Shown here piece by piece: positions 49,201 to 59,429 of a stretch of 64,000 nt of DNA (within the stretch, counting starts at the first letter, position 1; every line of letters begins with the position of its first letter). The stretch is from Chlorokybus atmophyticus. Lineage: Eukaryota; Plantae; Mesostigma and Chlorokybus algae. The notes beneath the pieces are model-generated. The model searched no databases. It was not told where the DNA came from and worked only from the letters and a program-made list of their open reading frames with translations. The stretch covers positions 2,645,768 to 2,709,767 of the forward strand of contig RHPI01002069.1 in the NCBI GenBank assembly GCA_009103225.1, written 5' to 3'. The position numbers were made by a program, and so were the translations under genes.

Positions 49201-50793
49201 ACCTAGCAGTGGTGTAATCAACATGAACAACTATCTGGTGCAGACTTTGCGCAGCAGCATCCTGCCGCAACTGCACAGCGCCACAGTTAGGGAGGTGCAT
49301 GTGCTATTCGATAACCCGGAACATGCCATCGGAGTCAAGTCTAGCCTGCAACAGGCTCGCAATGGTGCTGTTGCGGTGCGTACAACTCATGCACTCACTC
49401 TGGCCTCAGAGGCCCCTAGCAACTGGCGCCATCTGTTGGCAGATCGTGGGCAGAAACGGAGTCTATGCAACTTGATGACAGAGCACTTGCCTGAAATTGT
49501 GGCCCCACATCTGCGGCCGGGGCAAACGTTTGTAATGGCGGGAGGTAGTGATTATCCGATGTGGAAGGACTGTGCTCGAGTCGTGACCAACCTGGATGGG
49601 CAAATATAGTATCATATGACAGACCTCTATGCTTGCAATCATGCAGAGAGCGACTCGAGGGTATGGCTGCATGCGCACAGGTGCGCATACAGTTGGGTGC
49701 TCGTTTACTCGCCCGATACGGACGTCTCCATCATTGGTCTCGCAGCCCTGAAGCAATGGGGTTCATCAAGCAAGCAAGTTTAGGTCCAGGTAGCGACCAG
49801 TGCCAACCGCAGCAGCCGACCTCCCTTCATCAATCTGAGCCTGCTCAGCAGTCATCTAGCCCAGCTGCCTAAACTCAACCATTTCACTCCAGCAAATCAG
49901 CGGGCTTTGTTCATCATGTTGTTCTTTGCTGGTACTGGCTGTGACTATACCAGCTACTTTGCCGGCATAAGCAAACAGTTCTTCTGGAGTGAAGTAGTCA
50001 GCAAAGAGTGTGCGTTGATAACACAGGTGGACTTACTCGACGAGCGCAGTGCGTGCGCGTTGCTGCTGCACTTGATTGGTTGCGCGTACTGGAGCAAGCA
50101 TAAGAACGTTTTTCCTGCACACAACTCGGGTGAGAGTTTGTTTGTGGAGGTGAATGAAGGTCATGCTGGCAAGGATGAACCTGCACGTCTGAAAAAATGG
50201 TTGCATGCGATACAGCAAGGTATTTGGGAGAAAACGGCAGACTATAAAGACGACATGCCGCCAGCATCAGCTCTGCTCCTGCATGTGAAGAGAGCAATGT
50301 GAGTTGTGCGCATGTGGACGCAGATGTGCCAGAGCATAGCAGCACAGCGACCGCTCACCGCCTATGGCTACTTGCATGTGGATAAATTTTACAAGGCACA
50401 GCTGGACACCGAAGACAACATCAAAGCTACAACACTGCGTGCCCATTGCTACATGGTTGCAATTGCAAAAAAAACCAGTGCAAGACCAGACAGTGCAAAT
50501 GCCGAAAAAATGGCACTGCTTGTGGCGCAGGATGTGGATGCGCTGCGTGTATGAACCTGCCTACAATGCAGCCAGAGCCCGACATGCATGTAGGCCACAA
50601 CGACCCTGAAGCAGACAGTGAGGCGGATTCTCTTGAATCACAAAGCGATGCGGACGAGGATATCTTGGCAGATGAAGACCAAGGCGGGCATGAATACCAA
50701 TATGACGGTGACAGTGCATGCTCAGAGGATGGATACGACTTTATGATGCATGCATGGCTAGCCAGCGCTGACGAGGCAGACATCCAGCTGTAA
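46265..50793 (+). mobile_element. AcademX-like DNA transposon ORF (DDE transposase + XPG/PIN-like nuclease + Cys8/CXC finger), pseudogenised
   Basis: Transposase: SIDNWDF…LHCT, VVVGDQKTY, VLPMPGDWHALYN, HYQRLITQHL, VAGDAQAHEMLINK. XPG-like: IAEGMFV, VHVLFDN, NHAESDSRVWLHA, YSPDTDV, GTGCDYTSYFAGISK, MPPASALLLHVKRA. C-terminal GCNCKKNQCKTRQCKCRKNGTACGAGCGCAACMN. Multiple frameshifts. Confidence 0.8.
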
Positions 50794-51242
50794 CATATAA
50801 CCACTTGTGCAGCAAATAGCTGCTTCAGCACTGTGCATGAGCCTATGCATGAAGACAATACCTGTGCGATGTCAGGACTTTTGAAGCCTTGCAGACAGCA
50901 AGGATCACATGCGTCTGGCCGTGATGCAACGGTCCAGCAGCCGCTTTACTACAGCCGCTCGTGAGACACCTGTCCGTGCATGGCATACCCACCGCCAACT
51001 CCGCCGCCTCCACTGCCGTCTACGTCTACGCCCGCCCGGTTTCAGGACAACGCGACACCACATTGACAGAAGCAATACTCACCGCCGCCGCCATCGCCGC
51101 CGCCGCTGTCGCCCGCACCTGCCGCCATGTTTACAGCCTCCTACTTCACGGTGGCGCCAACAACTTTACACAAAATTGACGGCAATGGAACCCTAGCCTT
51201 TGTAAACCCTAATTCCCACTCACTGCGCATACACATGTCATC

Positions 51243-51367
51243 GTTGACAGGCATCGGCTCACAAAAATTATTTGATGTCTGTCAACGTTGACTTTGCCCT
51301 ACATGTCAACCTGCGTCAACGTTGACACGCGCTAACAATCCGATGTCTGTCAACGTTGACAGACATC
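51243..51367. promoter_or_regulatory. Cluster of GTCAACGTTGAC palindromes ~400 bp upstream of cytochrome c
   Basis: Three GTCAACGTTGAC copies (51281, 51315, 51349); the last is the core of the perfect 26-bp palindrome GATGTCTGTCAACGTTGACAGACATC (51342-51367). Function unknown. Confidence 0.45.
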
Positions 51368-51757
51368 TCAATACCGGCGACATTCGTGAGGCAATGCTGC
51401 CCGGGCGAAAGTGCTCGGGCTCTCACACTGCTAGGAGATCGACATCGAGGGCTTTGTATGAGACGGCGTCGATGTGCTGTGTCACAGTCAGACTCATGAT
51501 GGAGTCATCATGGGAGTCCAGCTCCATCCAACCGTTGGATTGGCAATTTTGGCTTTGTTGGCAGCCGAAGGAGCGCTCCGATCCCGTTCCCTCATTAACC
51601 GTCCGATCTTCGCCATCCTACCGGACAGCCAGCAGGCATGCCAGCAGGCCGTTTTGTTCGTCAGACTGGTCCAAGTCGGCTTCTGCTGGCGGCGGCGGCG
51701 GCAAGGGCGTCGTGTTGGTGGTTGAGGTAGAGGCAGGGTTTTTAGGAAACGACGACG

Positions 51758-52517
51758 ATGACGGTGCCGGACGGTGACGCCGCCAAGGGCGCCAAGATCT
51801 TCAAGACCAAGTGCGCACAGTGCCACGTCGCCGAGAAGGTGGGGGCCAGGCACATGACGATCTTGGTTGTTTGGGCTGTTGGTGACGGTTGTTGTGTATA
51901 TGTGGGTTTCTGTTTGACTAGCATGTTGTGTGTAGATAGTTGATTTTGGTTGATCTTTTTGGACCTCTTATCAAGCACTGGTTGTTACGGCAGGGAGGCG
52001 GCCACAAGCAGGGTCCCAACCTGGGGGGCCTGTTCGGGCGGCAGTCCGGGACAATGGATGGTTTCTCGTATTCTGCTGCCAACAAAAACAAGGGTGAGTA
52101 CTGAATTTTATTGAACTATCGCTTGTACTGAGGGTTTCTGTTAAGTGATGGTCAAGTATTACTACTGTACTGGATTTGTTGCTATTTGACCAGTTTCAGT
52201 ACTGGTCAAGCAGCAGTATTTTCACATGCTACTTGACCATCACTGCTGAGATATTGACGTATTCAGTAAGCAGAGGAACATCGAACATGCAAAGGTTCTC
52301 TTATCTGCGGTTTTGTTCAGCAATTTTTGACAGCGTCAACTTGACTCACGCACCTCTCTCGTGAGTTGCAGCTGTGGTTTGGAGCGACGACACGCTGTTT
52401 GAGTACCTGATCAACCCGAAGAAGTACATCCCCGGCACCAAGATGGTGTTCGCTGGGCTCAAGAAGGAGGAGGATCGTGCTGACCTCATCTCCTACCTCA
52501 AGAAGGCCACAGCCTAA
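51758..52517 (+). CDS. CYC1: Mitochondrial cytochrome c, 3 exons, 108 aa
   Basis: Exons 51758-51838, 51994-52093, 52372-52517 give [46 protein letters not shown]…[18 protein letters not shown]…, with the CxxCH haem motif and the axial Met. Confidence 0.97.
52144..52244. repeat. ~100-bp nested inverted-repeat element in cytochrome c intron 2
   Basis: AGTGATGGTCAAGTA (52144-52158) pairs with TACTTGACCATCACT (52230-52244) around an internal TTGACCAGT…ACTGGTCAA hairpin. Confidence 0.8.
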
Positions 52518-52938
52518 ATGCGGGGAGGGTTAATTGATTATATCAATCTTGAGAAGTTGGTATCACATCGTGTGTGATGATGAACGGGCGCGACTTTAGC
52601 TGCGCACATTGCCAGTGAGTTGTAGCTGCAGGTAAGGCTTAGGTTGTGTAGAAGGGGATTTTTCAGCGTTGTGCCTTGGCACGCTTATCAGTGGACAACA
52701 TTAGTTAGAGTTGTTGTTCAATTCATTGATTGATGATGGAGATCAGACTGACTTGCAGTATTGGGGGCTACAAGAGAACAATCGCTTTGTTTACACCTTG
52801 AAATAGTGTGCACACATGGTTGAAACTAGCTAGGCAAATGTGAGCACATCTCATGCATGCCACAATCCTTGTAATATATTTTACACGTGCACCGTAAAAC
52901 AAGGGGGAGCAGGCAGGCTAGCTTTAGTGTGAGGTATT

Positions 52939-53146
52939 AGGCACGAGGTGACTTGCGCACTGAGCTGACTCCCTTCACCAAAGTCATCAGGTTGGTTAGG
53001 TGCAGTGCATGTGGCAGTTGTGGCATTGGGTGAAACGTTGACAGGCACGAGGTGACTTTCGCACTGAGCTGACTCCCTTCACCAAAGTCATCAGGTTGGT
53101 TAGGTGCAGTGCATGTGGCAGTTGTAGCATGGGGTGAAATGTTAAC
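52939..53146 (+). repeat. Tandem duplication with a 104-bp period (2 near-identical copies)
   Basis: AGGCACGAGGTGACTT…GGTGAAA(C/T)GTT(G/A)AC begins at 52939 and 53043. Confidence 0.92.
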
Positions 53147-54788
53147 AGCAGCAATTGGCATGGGAAATGGAGTACACATCCTTGTGTGCTTTGGTTGCAT
53201 GTGCATGTGCGGTTTTGTTTGACTTGCCAGTGTCAACTTGTTGCAAACCAGCACTCCGCGGCTGAACAGTAAATGTTTACCAACAATTCCTGGGATACCC
53301 TTGATGCTACATGTTATGTATGTGCAGTGCATGTTGTGCTGCGTTGTAATTTGGCGTACCCACCATACTGGTAAGACACACGGAACAGTGTATGAATGAC
53401 AGACCCATCAGCGACTGCAGGCATCAGCCCTGTGAAAAGACTGTGATTGACAGTTGCTGCACAGTGGCAGCGCACGGACAAGTGTCCTATTGCTACCAAT
53501 CTTGAATGTGTGCAACTACCATTTGTTGCAGTGCATGTATATATGGGCAAGTAGCAAGCATGTGTGTGGGCACGCAGCAGCAGCAGCAACACACAAGAGC
53601 AGAATAGTTAGAAACACGTTACCAAGTAACGACTGCAAGAGCAAGAGCAATGGGCTCGCCTGGGCCCCTAAGAACTGAACAGTTTGCACTAACGCGAGCA
53701 CAGCAGGCGTGGCAGCAGGCAAGGGAGGAGGCAGGCAGGCACTATACATCAGCAGCTTTTGGCAATCAGGTGGTTTCGAGCATACTGCATAAGTGTGTGA
53801 GTATTCACTGTACTATATACGTGTATGTCTAGCAGATGAGAGGATGAGAAAAGGACTCTTCACACCATTTCCCTGCAACCCTTGCAGTCAGCACCATCAG
53901 ATGCGGAGGGTCGCCCGGGACCAACGCATTGCACAAGCAGCTGACGGCGCTCATCTCTACAAAAGCACAGCTGTCGCGGGCCGGGCTGGACCTGTGTGTA
54001 GAACACATTGTTAAGCATATTCAACGTCTGCGCACAGAGTGTTGAACGATCCGAAGGACAAGCCAGCCAGTGGTGCAGCCATTAGCTGATCAATTAGAGT
54101 GGGATGATGATGATGATCTATGATGTGCCCTCGTGCCCAGGCATTTGTCTTAGGTAGGTCGGTTAGTAGGTCTTGTCCCAGGTGAGCTTGCTAAGTGCCA
54201 GTGCGAAACAGTGACCGACACCTTGGCCTGATGCTGGCGCAACCAATGCACTGCACTCGTGCTGGTGCTGGTGCAAGCTTGTCGTAGGGCAGCGCTCGTC
54301 CGGATGGCTGGTGAATACTCAGTAGCACGCTATTGCAGGCACACTCCACCCCACAAGCTACGCAATGTTGAGAGAAACAACTGCTGAATCGCATGCATCA
54401 TTGCAACTCCTGTGCATACTTGCTGCCGCCGCTGTAATCACTCGCAGTCGCAATACATGCGAAGCTTGATAGATGTGAGCAGACACGTGAACAACCCTCC
54501 TGCCGAAGCATGAGCTTTGTGCTGAGCAGCATGGGTCGGACAGTTGAAGGCCAACACGTGCGTGTTGTATGCAGTCATACATTCGTGGTCAGGCCCGTTG
54601 AATGAGCACAGATGCATTCACAACCCAAACTCTCGCAAACACGCACAAGCAACAGTCCCGACACGTGCTTGCACACAGTTATAGGAGCAGAACACCAGTA
54701 CATAAACTGGAGAGGAGGCCTTCCTTGACTGGGCCCCTAATGCTACCTTCCTGAGGGTAAAGGAGCGGGGAATGACGAGAGAGAGGGA

Positions 54789-54999
54789 NNNNNNNNNNNN
54801 NNNNNNNNNNNNNNNNNNNNNNNNNNNNNNNNNNNNNNNNNNNNNNNNNNNNNNNNNNNNNNNNNNNNNNNNNNNNNNNNNNNNNNNNNNNNNNNNNNNN
54901 NNNNNNNNNNNNNNNNNNNNNNNNNNNNNNNNNNNNNNNNNNNNNNNNNNNNNNNNNNNNNNNNNNNNNNNNNNNNNNNNNNNNNNNNNNNNNNNNNNN
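54789..54999. other. Assembly gap (211 N)
   Basis: Run of N bases. Confidence 0.99.
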
Positions 55000-55174
55000 G
55001 GGGGCACACCCCGGGTACATGCTCGTGCAACAAGGGCTCATAGTTACCTGGAGAAGAGCTGTTGTTGCATGAGCACATTATTACTATAAGTTGGTACTAT
55101 CAAGCCTTGTACCGTACGCGTATGCTCTCGGTCACTGACATATACAGCCTTGTGTGTTGCGACAGCTTACATGT

Positions 55175-58100
55175 TCAACTGCGTAAGTCAAGCAGAAAAA
55201 GCCTGCCCACATCGTACTGGTTGAACGCCTTTCTTCCCGCACCGTTAAGAATGGCCTTGAGGGCTTTTTTGGCAGCGTTCAGCTGCACATCCTGGGGGTT
55301 GAGTTGTGCGATGACTCTGCGTTTATACCACCAATGCAACAGGCCTTGAAACAGGCCATCATTTGCCACCATCAGCGGTGAGCATTCCTCCCTGCGCAGA
55401 GACGCAGCATGGTTGATACCATCACCGAGTGTGTACAAGGGAAGCAAACAAAGCACAGGAGCAGCTCACTCACTTCCCAAACCAGCCATCGCACAAGCGG
55501 AAGACGATCTCGGCGCTGCAGTCTTTGACCTTCGGAGGAAGCGGACTGCCCAACATGATGGCAAGGTTATCAAGCAGCCCGTCCGTTGTGGCCAGCAGTA
55601 CCCGCTTTCTGCCCGTATCACCGCTCTGCGCGTGCGCCTTTTTGGCCAGATCTGCGATGACCAGCAGCGCAAGGTGGATGCGCGTCACCACATACAAGTC
55701 GTCGCCCTCCTCTGCATCGTAAGCCCCCAACAGCGAGACCAGCAGGGCGACCAGCTGTCTGCGCGATGTGTGTTGGTCAAGCATGCTGGCTGTGCACATG
55801 GCGCTGTTTCCAATCAGCGAGCGCGCTGCAACCTCCGCTGCGGTACGCACTTCATTCGTGTCCTCCTGCTTGCTGCCAGTCGAGATGAGCTCTAGCAGGC
55901 TGGCCAGCCTCTGACTGGGCTCGCCGCCGGTGGCTGGGAGGGCAGCGTTTTTGAGGTTGGCCACCTCCTCCAAGGCAGAGGAAGGCTCATGCAGGTTGTG
56001 CGCAGCACGGCGACTAAGGTATGCCTCAATGTTGACAATGCTCGCGCGCTCCACCAGCCCATCACGGCTGTGGCACGTCACGCAAATAGCGCCAACTCTG
56101 CGGAACGAAACAGCATCACCAGGTATATAGCTGAGAAGGACTTCGGGGTATGCTACTTAGGGGATGTGGCCATTGTCATATGTGCGGGGGAGTGACGAAC
56201 CTGAAGCAGCGCATGCAGAGATCAAAGGAGTTGGTGGCGTCGTCGCGCAGTAAACACGTCTTGCAGACTATGATCCCACACAAGATCCACTTACGGCAGT
56301 TGTCGCAGGTGATGGTTCCTTGGCGACTCAACTGACGGACACATACAGGCGTGTCAATGTTCACTCCAGCGCTCTTTCAATATGCACCACTCAGTATAGG
56401 ACTGAGCGCAGGACAACCGTACAGCTCATTGTGTATGTCATGAAAGTGGTCCTCCACGTAAGACATGTACTTGCCTACCTATATGCAAATGAATGCACAT
56501 CCATCCTCTTATAGCAACCCAAATAACCAGCCTCATGTGCATGCAGTGTTTGCGTCTCGGTGTACTGTGACAACTACACTATCACAACAGCACACGCTTA
56601 TGACGCTGTAGTGATCATGATGTGTGCACACTTCACCATATACGATAAGGTGCAGTAAGCCTGGAAGTCCATGGCACCACCGTTGTCAGCAGAAAGCTCG
56701 TCCACTGCCGTGTCCAGCTGAGCATTAGTGAACGAGCGGTTCGTTACTGCACGGCAAATAAGGGGTTGCAGTTCTGTGCGTGTCAGCTGCCCGTTGTGAG
56801 CGGCCTGTTGAAACTCGCTGCGAAGCTTGACCTGGGTGTCCTCAGGCAGGTTATTAAACCACTCCTGAGCCTCCTCCTGAAGAACGGCCTTGAGGGTGCC
56901 CTCCTCCTCAGAATTTGCTCGATTGATTGGCGGGCTCGGGGCAGGTGGTGAGGCCCCTGCCGGTGAAGCAACATTAGCCCAAGGTCTCCCTTCATCTTCT
57001 GGGTCCATGCCATGCTCCCTCAACCACCGGTGTATGCCCACCCTTGCACTGTCGTTGGGCACAAGCCTTCCACAGACATGTATGCCTGTGGATACAGGAA
57101 AAAAGGGAGGAGGAGGGTGTGTGTGTGTGTGTGTCAGCAGTCACATCCATGCTGAGGGGCGTGAGCCAATGAGCATAAGCGCACACTGTATGCGCGCTAA
57201 GTTTTGCCAATGCCATTACGAGTCATGCTGCAAGCAGCATCATGCATCAATCTGTACGAGGTGCACATACCACTGCGGCTGAGACACGGCTGCAGCGGAG
57301 ACACACCTGACTGCCACATGCACTCACCTGTGACCGGGCAGGTGAGATGGCCAGGCGCTCGCTCGTGAAACCAAGCCTGTACTGCACTACGTTCACAGGT
57401 GAACCCGGACCCGGCGACAATCACAGGGTCTGTCATGATGTCCTTGGAGATGGGGCAGAGGTATTCTTCGGGGACTACTGGTGGTGAGGAAGCTTCGCGC
57501 CTGCCACGGCCTGTATCAGGATCATCAGAGCGTCCCCCAGCGCCAGTGGTTGACGCAGCAGGATCAGGCGCCATTGCTAGTGCCTGGATGATACGTTCTA
57601 TGTATTCGTGTTCCATTTGCAGTTTGTCAGCTTGAACCGAGTCCCTCCTCGCTTCGTGAGTCTGTAGCACTTGCTGCAGGCGCTGCTTTTCATCGCGCAA
57701 GCACTGCAGCTCCTGCGCAAGGCCTTCGCTGTCCTGCAGGCTCAGCAGCAGTTCCACCTGCTGCTTAATGTTGCTCAAGTCGCTGCTTGTTTCTCCATGC
57801 TGGCTGCGCACAAGACTCAGAACTTCACAACACTGGTCCTGAATCTGCTTTGCGCTGTCCTGCAGATCTCGCAAGCCTTGCTCGTTCACCTTCAAGCAAC
57901 CACCAGCAAGAGCTTGTTAGTGATAACATGAATGAATGCGCGTGCACCAACCATTGCATACCGCTACCAGATAGCTAGCCCCTGGACCCTGACCTGGATC
58001 TCTTGCACGCTCTCAAGAATGAATCTTTGGAACATCATGGAGTTTGCCATGGTAGCAGCCGGCAATAGTGCAACGTTCGTGTGTATGTCCTGGGCAGCGC

Positions 58101-58859
58101 ATGTTGAAGACAGGTTGTCAAGCACCGTGCATGGTTATAATACAAGACCATAGCATTGACAACTACCAAGTCCACAGTCAAATTGACAAGTCAGACATGG
58201 ACGGGCGCTGACCTCAACGGCAGCGACAATGCGCCCATGGATGCGGACTGCGTTCTTGTAGAGCAGCAGGCGGCTGGATGTAGCGCATTCGATGACGCAG
58301 TTGTCGGCCTCCGAAAGGCAGGCCTGTAGCTTTCTTAGGACGTTTGCTGTGGCGTCAGTGTTGGAGATTAGCAGGTTTCGTAGCTCACTCAGGATGCTCC
58401 GTAGTAGCTCCACCGAGCTGGCGAGCTTGTTGCACTCTTGTCGGCATGCTTGAACCTGCCATTGCGGTAAGCTGATCAGATTACTCTTATGAGAACATAC
58501 TGTCACATCATTGCATGCGTGTCGTACCAAGCAGAGCGGCTGTACGTGTGCAAGAAAGTTAGAGGCAGAGCCTTTGCCAGCGTCTAAGACAGAGAAAAGA
58601 GCACCAAGACAAAGCCAGCTTCACAAAAAGTGACACCAACCCAAAGAGCAGAGAGCTAGCAAGGGGCACAGCGATAAGAGTTTGGCGACCGAGGGGGAGG
58701 GGGGAGGAGGGGGGGGCGGCGCCTCGGCCTGAGGCGCGTTGTGGCTTCGATTGAAAGGCATGCGCAAGCTCAGCAGAGCACGCAACTTACCTCGCCAACG
58801 CGGGTAATGATGCTCGTGATGGCGGAGAACAAAGCCTGGATGATGGTTTCCAGCGGCAT
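55175..58859 (-). CDS. U-box E3 ligase-like protein (~807 aa, 8 exons): N-terminal helical bundle, coiled coil, U-box, EF-hand-like pair, ZZ finger, ARM-like C-terminus
   Basis: In-phase exons 58791-58859, 58213-58455, 57994-58089, 57328-57889, 56637-57085, 56201-56331, 55474-56130, 55175-55391. U-box: VPEEYLCPISKDIMTDPVIVAGSGFTCERSAVQAWF…TCPVTG…LVPNDSARVGIHRW. EF-like: FQQAAHNGQLTRTELQPLI / LSADNGGAMDFQAY. ZZ-like: ITCDNCRKWILCGIIVCKTC…FDLCMRCF. Confidence 0.85.
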
Positions 58860-59133
58860 GGCGGTGGCCCAGGCCACTTGCAAAGCCGCCACTACGAGCC
58901 GAAGCCTGTCGGACTCCGGGTTAGGCACAGCGCACTATGCGCCCAAGCTAACAGCGCTGCTACTTGCTGCTGCAGCAGGCATGCACTTGCCACACTGGAG
59001 AGCGTTTACTAAGTAAACTTTACTTTCTAGAAGCCTGACTTGCGTTGCGATGATACTGAACAACTGATGTAGTAGGCCTAGGCCTACATAGAGTGTAAAA
59101 CTTATATGCCTCCACCTGCTAAGTTAGAGTAGA

Positions 59134-59161
59134 CTAACCCTAACCCTAACCCTAACCCTAA
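59134..59161 (+). repeat. Interstitial telomere-like (CCCTAA)n, i.e. TTAGGG-type, ~4.7 units
   Basis: CTAACCCTAACCCTAACCCTAACCCTAA; a shorter copy lies near 46226. Confidence 0.85.
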
Positions 59162-59429
59162 GTCCCATCAGTCCAAGCCGGGATTGGTAAGCCAATTAGA
59201 TTGGAAAAGCCGAGCCGCGCCCCACCGCGGCACACGTCCTCTACCTGCCTGGGAGAGACACTTTCCCGGGGAAATAAAGGTGCATCAAGGCAATCAGCCA
59301 TGCACGTTCCAACGAGTCCGCGAATTGTCGCTCTTGTTGCCTTAACGCCAGCCGCGGGAGTCCCGCGAGACACCGCGTCGCGGCAATCAGCGCAGGAGAT
59401 GGCAACTCAAACTCAAAGCAAATACTATA

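Noticed and set aside
53130-54600. Minus-strand exon-like Cys-rich pieces (SSPARDSCAFVEMS…, CVACGVECACN…)
   Set aside because: No coherent phase-consistent model or recognisable domain, and the region abuts an assembly gap.
56423-56478. Candidate extra exon VGKYMSYVEDHFHDIHNEL in the U-box gene
   Set aside because: Its donor phases are incompatible with the next exon, while exon 5 splices in phase directly to the ZZ exon.
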